A stretch of 64,000 nucleotides of DNA, taken from assembly GCA_017399355.1 (NCBI GenBank), contig JAFQCY010000071.1, positions 1,611 to 65,610 of the forward strand. Reading direction: 5' to 3'. The notes under the pieces are model-generated. The model made no database searches and was not told where the DNA came from. It worked only from the letters and a program-made list of their open reading frames with translations. Every line of letters begins with the position of its first letter. Within the stretch, counting starts at the first letter, position 1. Positions 8,027 to 17,300 of the stretch are shown in pieces. The position numbers were made by a program, and so were the translations under genes. The DNA is from Oscillospiraceae bacterium. GTDB lineage: Bacteria > Bacillota > Clostridia > Oscillospirales > Oscillospiraceae.

Positions 8027-9043
8027 TTAATACCGTCCAAAGCTGCAGTTGGGCCAATGGCAGCTTTTACACATCTGGCAAAGTCCCCCATTGGCAAGGT
8101 TGATCAGTTCCGCCCGTGTCAGTTTCTCGCCGGCGAAAATCTGGGGCAGAAGCACATCAAAAATCGTCGTAGGAAGGCTAATGGCTGCGCCGGGAACGCC
8201 CAGAATGGGAATATCGTCCAGGTAAGCAACCAATGTCATATTGCCGGGCTGAGACGGTACACCGTGGGTCACAATATCAGCGCCTAGCATACGAATGGCG
8301 GTCGGAGTCAGATCATCGGGATCTACAGACATTCCGCCTGTAAAGATCAGGAACTCTGCGCCATGATCCAGATGCTTCCTGGCTGCGGCGGTGATCATCT
8401 CCAGATCATCGTCACAGATGGTGATCCCGACGATTTCAGAGGGATACTGCGCCATTTTTGCCCGTACCACCGGCTCAAACTTATCCTGGATCCGTCCGCT
8501 GTAGACTTCGGAGCCGGTGATGATCACACCAACCTTCTTATGCAGGTAAGGCTTCAGATCAAAGAGCTTTTTTCCAAAGCAAAGCTGCTCAGCCTGGAGG
8601 ATCTGTGTCTCCTGGGTCACCAGCGGTACGATCCGCATGGAGGCCAGACGAGCCCCCTTTTTTACGGGGTAATGATCCGGAAGGGCGCAGATGGTCAGAT
8701 CACCGATGGAATTGATCCGGCGCAGAAGCTCTGTGTCCACCCGCCACAAGCCTTCTTCCTCGGCAAAGTACAGGATCTTTCCCTCAGAGGGGCCCTTCTT
8801 GCTGACGTGATCAACGGGAGCCATGGCGGCCATCCGCAGGGCGGCATCTTCTTCATGGATCTCGCCTGCGTTTTCCTCCCACACGAAAACCGTACGCTTG
8901 CCTACATCTAAGAGAACCGGAATGTCCTCCTCCCGGATCACATGACCTCGGGTAAAAATCGCTCCTTTAAAGCCATCCTTCATCTGGGTAATATCATGGC
9001 AGAGCTCCATGCCGATGGCATCTTCCACTTTGATTTTCTTCAT
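8027..9043 (-). CDS. MoeA-like molybdopterin-binding protein with C-terminal Cys4 motif
   Basis: LCHDIT, ITGSEV, TGGMSVDPDDLTP, ILGVPG; ends GGLCQMCKSCHWPNCSFG; within the Moco cluster. Confidence 0.8.
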   Translation of the reverse strand: MKKIKVEDAIGMELCHDITQMKDGFKGAIFTRGHVIREEDIPVLLDVGKRTVFVWEENAGEIHEEDAALRMAAMAPVDHVSKKGPSEGKILYFAEEEGLWRVDTELLRRINSIGDLTICALPDHYPVKKGARLASMRIVPLVTQETQILQAEQLCFGKKLFDLKPYLHKKVGVIITGSEVYSGRIQDKFEPVVRAKMAQYPSEIVGITICDDDLEMITAAARKHLDHGAEFLIFTGGMSVDPDDLTPTAIRMLGADIVTHGVPSQPGNMTLVAYLDDIPILGVPGAAISLPTTIFDVLLPQIFAGEKLTRAELINLANGGLCQMCKSCHWPNCSFGRY

Positions 9044-10065
9044 AGTAAACCTCTTTCTGATCCATCCTGAAGCGGAAGCAGACAATCTTCGGGAATCCGG
9101 ATCTTCACATGATCTCCGACCTGATAAGAACAGGTTCGGGGTAATTTCCACACTAAGGTATTTGCGTAATTGAGTGCCAAAGGCTGCAGAAGCAGCGCTG
9201 TAGACTCCGGACTATCGCTGCGATCCTTTACGCAGCATTCTGTGCCTGCATCATCGGAAACAAGATCTTTTGCCCGAAAACCCAATGCACAGATCTCAGG
9301 CGGCACGCTCTTCCGAAAACCCAAGGTTCTTGCCATCTCTACGGGGATCAGGTTTTCAAAGCCCAGCATTTTGGCACCGGCAAGACTCTTCGGCTCTTGA
9401 TAAATGCGATCTTTGTCGCCATATTCTGCGATGGATCCGTCTTCCAGAATTGCGACCCGATCACTCATACGGTAAACTTCATCTCGATTATGTGATACGA
9501 GAATTACGGTCTTTCCGAATTGGCGGATCACATTCCGCACCTGCTGCTCCATGGCCAGCCGCAGGTGGCTGTCCAGCGCAGAGAAAGGCTCATCCAAAAG
9601 GAGAATATCCGGCTGAGAGATCAGAATTCTTGCCAGAGCCACCCGCTGCTGCTGTCCACCGGACAGAGTGTACGGCAGGCGATGCAGGAAATCCTCCAAA
9701 CCGAAGGCTTCTATGGTTTTCTCGATTCGATCCTTGCGGCGCAACTTATTTTTCTCTCGCTTTGCGGCTGAAGCAAGATTCTGCAGAACGGTCATATTGG
9801 GAAACAAAGCATAATTTTGAAACAGGTATCCTGCTCGCCGCTCCTGAGGAGACAGGTTGATCCCTTTCTCAGAATCAAAAAGGGTCACACCATCCACAAG
9901 GATTTTGCCACGATCCGGCTTTTCAATCCCGGCAATGCATTTCAGGGTCATGGTTTTTCCGCAGCCGGATGCGCCCAATAAGGCAATGGTCTCCTCTTCC
10001 CCCTGAAGCGTTACCTTCAGGAGAAAGTTGCCCAGTCTCTTTTCAATATCCACATAGACAGACAT
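9040..10065 (-). CDS. modC: Molybdate ABC transporter ATP-binding protein
   Basis: Walker A GASGCGKT, LSGGQQQR, LLDEPFSALD; follows modB. Confidence 0.9.
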   Translation of the reverse strand: MSVYVDIEKRLGNFLLKVTLQGEEETIALLGASGCGKTMTLKCIAGIEKPDRGKILVDGVTLFDSEKGINLSPQERRAGYLFQNYALFPNMTVLQNLASAAKREKNKLRRKDRIEKTIEAFGLEDFLHRLPYTLSGGQQQRVALARILISQPDILLLDEPFSALDSHLRLAMEQQVRNVIRQFGKTVILVSHNRDEVYRMSDRVAILEDGSIAEYGDKDRIYQEPKSLAGAKMLGFENLIPVEMARTLGFRKSVPPEICALGFRAKDLVSDDAGTECCVKDRSDSPESTALLLQPLALNYANTLVWKLPRTCSYQVGDHVKIRIPEDCLLPLQDGSERGLL

Positions 10066-10736
10066 CAGGCAGTCCTCCTCGCTTTATTCTTTCGCTCCAG
10101 GAAATTCACAGCCAAAAGGACTACAAAGGAGATCGCCAGATTCACCAGGACCCAACGAAGGGCAAGGGCCTCGTGATCCGTCCGCCAAAGCTGATAAACC
10201 GTTGTGGATATGGTTGCGGTTCTGCCGGGGGTATAGCCGCAGAGCATGCTGGTGGCGCCATACTCCCCCAGGGCTCTGGCAAAGGCAAGCACTGTCCCCG
10301 CCAGGATACCCTGACGGCAGTAGGGCATGCGGATTCTCCAAAAGATATATGTATTGGAAAGCCCCAATGTTTGAGCTGAATAAGCCAATGTCTCATCAAA
10401 GGATTCGAAAGCGCCCCGTGCTGTGCGATACATCAGAGGAAACGTGACCACCACCGTGGCAAAAATTCCTGCCCACCAAACCATGGTCAGACGGGTTTGA
10501 AACACATTCAGGAACCACTCTCCGATCACACGCTTGGGCCCCAGGACACATAGGAGCAGATATCCCACAACCGTCGGCGGCAGGACTAAGGGCAAGGTGA
10601 AGATCACATCCAGAATTCCTTTGAGCCAACGAGGTGTTTTCGCAATATAGTACGCCGCAAAAATACCCGAAAAAAAGACGATGATTGAGCTGATTGCTGA
10701 AATTCGCAAGGAGTTAAGCAGAGGAAACCAGTCCAT
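10065..10736 (-). CDS. modB: Molybdate ABC transporter permease
   Basis: LPLVLPPTVVGY, LAFARALGEYGAT. Confidence 0.95.
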   Translation of the reverse strand: MDWFPLLNSLRISAISSIIVFFSGIFAAYYIAKTPRWLKGILDVIFTLPLVLPPTVVGYLLLCVLGPKRVIGEWFLNVFQTRLTMVWWAGIFATVVVTFPLMYRTARGAFESFDETLAYSAQTLGLSNTYIFWRIRMPYCRQGILAGTVLAFARALGEYGATSMLCGYTPGRTATISTTVYQLWRTDHEALALRWVLVNLAISFVVLLAVNFLERKNKARRTA

Positions 10737-10763
10737 AAAAGCACCTTCTTTAGCATGGAGAAA

Positions 10764-10791
10764 CAGGTGAGAGGATCATTCCGCTCACCTG
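10764..10791 (-). other. Intercistronic stem-loop between modA and modB
   Basis: CAGGTGAG...CTCACCTG inverted repeat, at the position typical of an mRNA stabiliser or partial terminator after a binding-protein gene. Confidence 0.55.
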
Positions 10792-10809
10792 AGGCTCTGT
10801 TTATCGTGA

Positions 10810-11625
10810 TCATGCGATCGGAGTAAATCCCACCGCCGAAAATACCGCATCTGCAGGATCGGACTTCAGGAAGTCCAAAAACTCCTCTGCTGCATCCCGC
10901 TGCTGCGTTGTATTCAGGATTGCAGCAGGATAAATCACCTGGCCACACATTTCCGCAGTTGCAGTATCTACTACAGTTATTCCAGCTGAAAAAGCATCGG
11001 TAGAGTAAAGGATACCGCAGGAAACAGCAGCTTCTTTTACCTGTGTCGTAACCTCTTTTACATTACTGCCGTAGGTTAAGCAGCCCTTTTCTGCAAGAGC
11101 TTCTTCCGAAAGACCATAGTATGCAAATATTTTCTGGGTGTACTGTCCCACCGGGACATCGGAATTCCCCATTGCAAGCAAAACCCTTCCAGCCGAAAGC
11201 GCCTGATAAAGGTCGTCATAGGACTCTATTCCGGCGGGATTTCCTTCCGGCACCGCAAGGGCTACCTTATTTTCCAGAATATCAAAGCGGCTTCCTGTGA
11301 GGATAAAATCCAACTCCTCTGTATTCACATCTCGATTCGCGGTGATATCCAGCTGGTTCATCTGCTTTTGACCGGCCGAAATGAAGATGTCGCAGGCAGC
11401 GCCGGATTGGATTTGCGTTTTCAGAGTTCCGGAGGAGTCAAAGTTAAAAACGATAGAAATCTCAGGATGATCCGCCATATAACGGCTTCCAAGTTCGGTC
11501 AGCGTTTCCGTCATAGAAGCAGCCGCAAAGACAATGATCTCCGTCTTTTCCTCCTCCTTTGTGCAGCCGGCAAAGAAGCAGAAGAGCATGGTAGTCAGAA
11601 GAAAAAGGGATAAGAACTTTTTCAT
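10810..11625 (-). CDS. modA: Molybdate-binding lipoprotein
   Basis: Lipobox FAGC, VFAAASM, DSSGTLKTQI, DIFISA, VPVGQY. ATG 11625 with GGAGG SD. Confidence 0.94.
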   Translation of the reverse strand: MKKFLSLFLLTTMLFCFFAGCTKEEEKTEIIVFAAASMTETLTELGSRYMADHPEISIVFNFDSSGTLKTQIQSGAACDIFISAGQKQMNQLDITANRDVNTEELDFILTGSRFDILENKVALAVPEGNPAGIESYDDLYQALSAGRVLLAMGNSDVPVGQYTQKIFAYYGLSEEALAEKGCLTYGSNVKEVTTQVKEAAVSCGILYSTDAFSAGITVVDTATAEMCGQVIYPAAILNTTQQRDAAEEFLDFLKSDPADAVFSAVGFTPIA

Positions 11626-11690
11626 AAAATACCTCCTGCCATAATTCATCAGCTGATACATTAAGTATATGGAAATTTCTCTCTATTGTA

Positions 11691-11706
11691 TGTTGTTATA
11701 ACAACA
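11691..11706. promoter_or_regulatory. Perfect 16-bp palindrome, candidate Crp/Fnr-family operator
   Basis: TGTTGTTATAACAACA between the divergent modA and Crp/Fnr genes; TGT-N10-ACA shape. Confidence 0.65.
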
Positions 11707-11741
11707 GTTTTCTGATATAATTTGTTCGGAGGGATGTAAAA

Positions 11742-12404
11742 ATGGACTTTTCACAAAAGCTTGTGGCCAACAGCAGTTTTTTTCGGGGTGTGGATCAAAG
11801 AATCCTGGAGCAGGAACTGCTAACCAAAGGACGGATCAAAAAATACTCGAAGGGAACGTATTTGCTGCTCCCACAGCAGGTTCAGGAATATTTTGCAATC
11901 ATTTTGAAAGGCAAGATCCATACGCAGCATCTTTTCGCAGACGGAAATTGCAGCATCCTGGATGTTCTGGAGGAATGGGATTTATTCGGCGTCGATTTGG
12001 TCTGCACAAAATCCAGAATTTCTCCCTATCACGCTGTTGCAGCAACTGATCTGGAGCTTCTAACATTTCCCTGGTATCTTCCCTTTACTCCCGGGCACTT
12101 ATCCGAAGCCTTTCGTCAGGAGCTTCAGCTGCGACTACTGCGGTTAATTGCCAATTCTAACATACAAAAGGAGTACCGCCTGGCCATTTTATCGCAAAAA
12201 GGGCTGCGGGAGCGAGTTCTGACCTATTTGCAAATGCAGGCCGCAAAACGTCAGGTTCGCAGCTTTGAGATCCCATTCTCACGAGATGATCTTGCTTCGT
12301 TTCTATGTGTTAACCGCAGCGCATTATCTCATGAACTAAGCAAAATGCAGGAAGAGGGACTCATTCGCTTCCGCAAAAACAGCTTTACTCTGCTGTGTGA
12401 ATGA
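11742..12404 (+). CDS. Crp/Fnr-family transcriptional regulator
   Basis: N-terminal cNMP-binding-like domain; C-terminal HTH LRERVLTYL..FSRDDLASFLCVNRSALSHELSKM. Confidence 0.9.
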   Translation: MDFSQKLVANSSFFRGVDQRILEQELLTKGRIKKYSKGTYLLLPQQVQEYFAIILKGKIHTQHLFADGNCSILDVLEEWDLFGVDLVCTKSRISPYHAVAATDLELLTFPWYLPFTPGHLSEAFRQELQLRLLRLIANSNIQKEYRLAILSQKGLRERVLTYLQMQAAKRQVRSFEIPFSRDDLASFLCVNRSALSHELSKMQEEGLIRFRKNSFTLLCE

Positions 12405-12459
12405 AACTTCTTTCTTTTCTTGAAATAGTATGATAAACTGTATATGAGGTGAAAGCAGA

Positions 12460-14061
12460 ATGATAACAATCAACGATCTTGCATTACAATTTGGTGGACA
12501 ATTTTTATTTCAGCATGTCGATCTGCAGTTTAGTGCAGGCAATTGCTATGGCGTGATCGGAGCCAACGGTGCGGGAAAATCCACCTTCCTGCGGTTGCTC
12601 TCCGGAGAGCTGGAATCCACCAAGGGAGAGATCTCCATTAAGCCCGGCTTGCGGATGTCTGTGCTGAAGCAGGATCAGTTTGCTTATGACGAGTATTCGA
12701 TTCTGGATACCGTTATCATGGGCAATCGACGGCTGTATGATATTATGAAGGAAAAAGATGCGCTCTATGCCAAGCCGGATTTTTCTGACGAGGATGGGAT
12801 GCGGGCATCTGATCTGGAGATCGAGTTTGCAGAGCTGAATGGCTGGGAGGCTGAATCGGATGCCAGCAGGCTGCTGCAGGGCCTGGGGATCCCCGTTGAA
12901 CTGCACTATGATCAGATGGCTGACACCGATGGCAGACTTAAGGTGAAGGTGCTGTTAGCCCAGGCTCTCTTTGGAGATCCCGACATTATCCTTCTGGACG
13001 AGCCTACCAATAACCTGGACATCGAATCCATCAACTGGCTGGAAAACTTCCTGCTGGATTATGAGGATAAGGGCACGGTTATCGTGGTTAGCCATGACCG
13101 GCACTTCCTCAATACCGTCTGCACCCACATTGTGGACATTGACTACGGAAAGATCAAGATGTATGTGGGTAACTATGATTTCTGGTACGAGTCCAGCCAG
13201 CTGGTGCAGACCCTGATCCGGAACAAAAACAAGCGTAATGAAGAAAAGATCGCCGAGCTCCAGGCATTTATTTCCCGTTTCTCTGCCAATAAAGCGAAGA
13301 GCAAGCAGGCTACCGCCCGCCGCAGACTGCTGGACAAGCTGAGCATTGAGGAGATGCCTGCTTCCTCCAGGCGATATCCCTTCGTTGGTTTTACCCGTGA
13401 GCGGGAAGTTGGTAAGGATATCCTCTTTGTCACAGATGTCTCCAAAACCGTGGACGGTGTGAAGCTGCTGGACAAGGTCTCCTTCATTGTCGGCAAGAAT
13501 GACAAGATCGCTTTTGTAGGTGAAAACGAACTTGCCCAGACCACCATGTTTAAGATCCTGATGGGCGAGCTTGAGCCCGATGAGGGCACGATCAAATGGG
13601 GCGTTTCTACTTCCCAGAGCTACTTCCCCAAGGATAATACCGAGTATTTTGAGGGCTGCAGCGACTCCCTGGTGGATTGGCTGAGGCAGTTCTCTGCGAA
13701 GAAGGATGATGTATATCTCAGAGGCTTCCTTGGCCGGATGCTCTTCTCCGGAGAAGACGTCTTTAAGCCCGTCAATGTCCTCTCCGGTGGCGAAAAAGTG
13801 CGCTGTATGCTCTCGAAAATGATGCTCTCCGGCGCAAATGTGATCCTGCTGGATCAGCCTACGAACCACCTGGATATGGAGTCGATCCAGGGGGGTAAAA
13901 AAGGCATGATCGCCTTCCCCGGAAACATTCTCTTTGCCAGCCATGATCACGAGCTGCTCCAATCCGTTGCCAATCGTATCATTGAGTTCCGTCCGGACGG
14001 AACGATCACGGATCGTCTGGGAACCTATGACGAGTATCTGGAATATAAGAAATCAATCTAA
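12460..14061 (+). CDS. ABC-F family ATPase (YbiT/YkpA-like)
   Basis: Two NBDs, no TM segments; GANGAGKST, LLDEPTNNLD, KSKQATAR linker, LSGGEKVR, LLDQPTNHLD. Confidence 0.92.
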   Translation: MITINDLALQFGGQFLFQHVDLQFSAGNCYGVIGANGAGKSTFLRLLSGELESTKGEISIKPGLRMSVLKQDQFAYDEYSILDTVIMGNRRLYDIMKEKDALYAKPDFSDEDGMRASDLEIEFAELNGWEAESDASRLLQGLGIPVELHYDQMADTDGRLKVKVLLAQALFGDPDIILLDEPTNNLDIESINWLENFLLDYEDKGTVIVVSHDRHFLNTVCTHIVDIDYGKIKMYVGNYDFWYESSQLVQTLIRNKNKRNEEKIAELQAFISRFSANKAKSKQATARRRLLDKLSIEEMPASSRRYPFVGFTREREVGKDILFVTDVSKTVDGVKLLDKVSFIVGKNDKIAFVGENELAQTTMFKILMGELEPDEGTIKWGVSTSQSYFPKDNTEYFEGCSDSLVDWLRQFSAKKDDVYLRGFLGRMLFSGEDVFKPVNVLSGGEKVRCMLSKMMLSGANVILLDQPTNHLDMESIQGGKKGMIAFPGNILFASHDHELLQSVANRIIEFRPDGTITDRLGTYDEYLEYKKSI

Positions 14062-14103
14062 AAAAGCTGCTGCATCTCGTAGTGTGAGATGCAGCAGCTT
14101 TTT
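14061..14103. terminator. Bidirectional intrinsic terminator
   Basis: AAAAAGCTGCTGCATCTC...GAGATGCAGCAGCTTTTT between convergent genes. Confidence 0.88.
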
Positions 14104-14104
14104 G

Positions 14105-14296
14105 TTATTCGGTTTTTTCTTCCTGGACGACCTCTGCCTCGATGGGTGCATCTGCAGGAGCCTTGTCCTCAGAATCTGCCCAGCTTTCCGCTTTCCTTGC
14201 AACATTGGTAGCGGATTTTACCAGGGTTTTACCTAAGTCACGGAACGCATGACCCAAGCCGGTACCAGTCTGTTTCCATTGATCTCTTAAAGACAT
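14105..14296 (-). CDS. Small hypothetical protein (63 aa)
   Basis: AAGGAG SD before the ATG; amphipathic N-terminus and acidic tail; ends at the bidirectional terminator. Confidence 0.7.
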   Translation of the reverse strand: MSLRDQWKQTGTGLGHAFRDLGKTLVKSATNVARKAESWADSEDKAPADAPIEAEVVQEEKTE

Positions 14297-14387
14297 ACTA
14301 AGTCACTCCTTTATAAAGCTAATGCCATCATATCATAAGTTTGATCAAATTCCAACGGATAATTGCAAATTTTAAAAAAATTCATAA

Positions 14388-17300
14388 CTATGATAGGAAC
14401 AGATATAAGCTCCTGACCAGAACGGCAACCAATTCTGCCCGGGACATCGGCGCTCCGGGGCGAAGAGACCCATCGGGATAGCCGGTGAAGATTTTCTCTT
14501 TTGCGGCCCAGGCAAGCGCCTCCCTTGCGTAGAAAGAGATCTGCTCTGCATCCGTAAAAGGAGGAAGGGTATCTGATTTCGGAAGATTTGCCATTCGATG
14601 CAGAATCACGGCGATCATCTCACGGGAGGCCGGCTGATTTGGAGCAAACTGAGTCTCCGAAATGCCTTTGACGATCCCCTTTTCTGCTGCCCAGCAAACT
14701 GCGTGATAGTAATATTCATTGGGCGAAACGTCAAGGAAGGGAGAAGTAGAAGTGTATTTCGGCTCCCCTGCTGCACGGTAAAGCACAGTTACCAGCATGG
14801 CGCGGTCGATTGAAATATCCGGTTCAAAGGTAGAATGACTCATACCCTTAATCCAGCCCATCTGAATTGCCGCATCCAATTGATGATGATACCAGCTTTG
14901 CTCCGCCACATCAGAAAAGCTGCCGGAGGGGCAGGTATCGTCTCCGCTGCATTCATCTGCACTGATGGGATAAAGTATGGCGTCATACTCCGTCAACCAT
15001 TCCCCTCGAAGAAAGTCCCTTGCCCGAAGCAGGATCTTGTCCTTTGCAGCAAAGAGATACCAGCTTGCGGTGCTTCCCATATAGCCTCTGGGGCTTGCTT
15101 TCAGAGACGGCAGGTTAATCTGAGAAAAGCTTCCGCCGTTTTCTGCCTGAATCGTGACCGGGCCGCTGATGCCAAGGCCGGAATGAAGATGGCCGCAGAT
15201 GTAGACCAGTTTATCATGTCTTCCAAGGATATTTGCAAGCTCCGGGCCTTGATCTCCGATGCTGTTGTCCTTCAAGGGGTCTGTGCTATAGCCGGAGAAA
15301 GGGACAGAATCGGCGAAGGGAAAATGTCCGATCACGAAGACAGGGTACTCATCTAAATCATAATAAGTCAGCAGCTTCTCGATCCATTGAAGAGTCGATC
15401 TCTCCAGATACATTCCTCTGCGGATGGGGTCTGCGTTGGGATCATCGGAGGTTGCGGCATTTCCGTGCTGTCCCGGATTATCCGTGTTCAGGATCAAAAA
15501 GTGATAGCCGTTATAGGTCATGGCATAGCTGTAATTGCAGACAGAATCCAGCCTCACATCGACACTTGTATGAAAATAGGATTGCAACTCTTCCCAAAAC
15601 TGTACTGCACCGGTGTTAAAACACTCCTGCTCTGAGATATAGCGCACTTCATGATTTCCGTAAGCGGCAAATACCTGTAAGGAAGTCTGATCCCCCATCA
15701 GAAGATCAAGGGAATCAAAGGCGGCTTCTACTGCTGTGCTTGTGGAATTATCTGCAAAATCCCCCGGGATCACCACGCCCTTTAGGTTCGGGATATTCGC
15801 AAAATCAGCGAATACCCGGCCGAAGGCTTGTGCATGGGCATCTCCGACTTTGCCAATATGAACATCGCTGATCAGGGCAAGGCCCATATCGTAGGCTTCG
15901 TTTTCTCTCTCCAGCTCCGTATGGAACAACGTGCGCAGCTCTTGATACCTTTCGTAACGATATTCTGCTGAGGATGATTCGGTCAGGAGTGAGGCAAGCT
16001 CCTCCATGCCTGAGCTTAGCTCCTCGCTGAAGTTGATCTCAAATGTCTCTCCGTAGCGGCGGATCTCGTGGAGCAATGTCCGGCTTTGACGAAATAGACA
16101 CTCTTCGGCAATTTGAAGCGGAGTAAGGGCGCAGGGATAAACCTTCAAATCATCAATCCGGCCCTTTCCCAAGCCATAGGAACCAAAGAGATCCGCACCG
16201 ATTGCAAGATCATTTGAATACGAGCTATGCTCTGTTATCTCCAATGTGGCCACCGGGATATCATCCACATAGATACGGCAGTTATCTCTTTGATTTATTG
16301 TAACCGCAATCATATGCCAGCGGCCATCCTGCAGCTGATACATTCCTCCTACGGACATATCACCGAGCGCAGCAGTAAGATAGGCATTCTGAGGCAGATG
16401 CGCAAGGGTGAACCGGCCTGCTGAGAGAAGCGTTCCGCCTGCACGAAGCTGCTGAAAGTTCAGACCAATATTCGGGTCTACTTCCTTACCGCTGCCGGTC
16501 CACTGATCCATCCCACCGCAGTCTGCCCGGTACTGGAAGAGTATCGTGTAATTATCCCCTGAGAGATCGACACCTTTCAGATCCCGGATGCTGAGATAGT
16601 TTTGGGCCTTTTCTCCGAAGGAATTATGAATCGCCAGAGCAGTGCCGCCATCATATCCCTCAACATAGTCTGCAAGCCCCGAGATCACACCCTGATTAGC
16701 AAAGCCGGAACGGTCAATGATCTCTTCCTCAAAATCTATCCATAAAACAGGTGAGACGGGATCAGAGGAAGGATCCAGGAAAACAACGTTTCCGCTTGCA
16801 AAAGTTGGGAGATGCATATTCCTTTCTCTTGACAAGCGAAGCACACTTCCCTCTTCCACAAAAACGGGGAGATCTGACGGAAACTCATATAGATACGAAA
16901 CATCAGAAGATCCAAGAATCTGCACAGCTGCAATTCCGCCAAGCTCCAGACCAAGATCACCCTCGTATCCGCAAACTGAGACACCCTCTTTCGGATCGGT
17001 GGGAAGCGCAGTATCTTTTCCAAGCAGCGTAACCCGATCATAATGCGACAGGCCGTAAAGGCTCTTACCATCATAGGAGAAAACGTTCAGTACAGCATCC
17101 CCTGCAATTACGCATTGCTCCGTTTTCAAAGAATAATCTGTTCCCAAAGCCGATATGGTACCGCCGGGATGAATATTCATGGTAAGGTCTCCGTTTCTGA
17201 CGGCACGGGCTTTTCCGGAGGAATGATTGCGCTGAGGCTGTAAAGAAGAAACATTGCCGTAGATATCCATGGTCAAGCTTCCCATAACAGCATCGGAATC

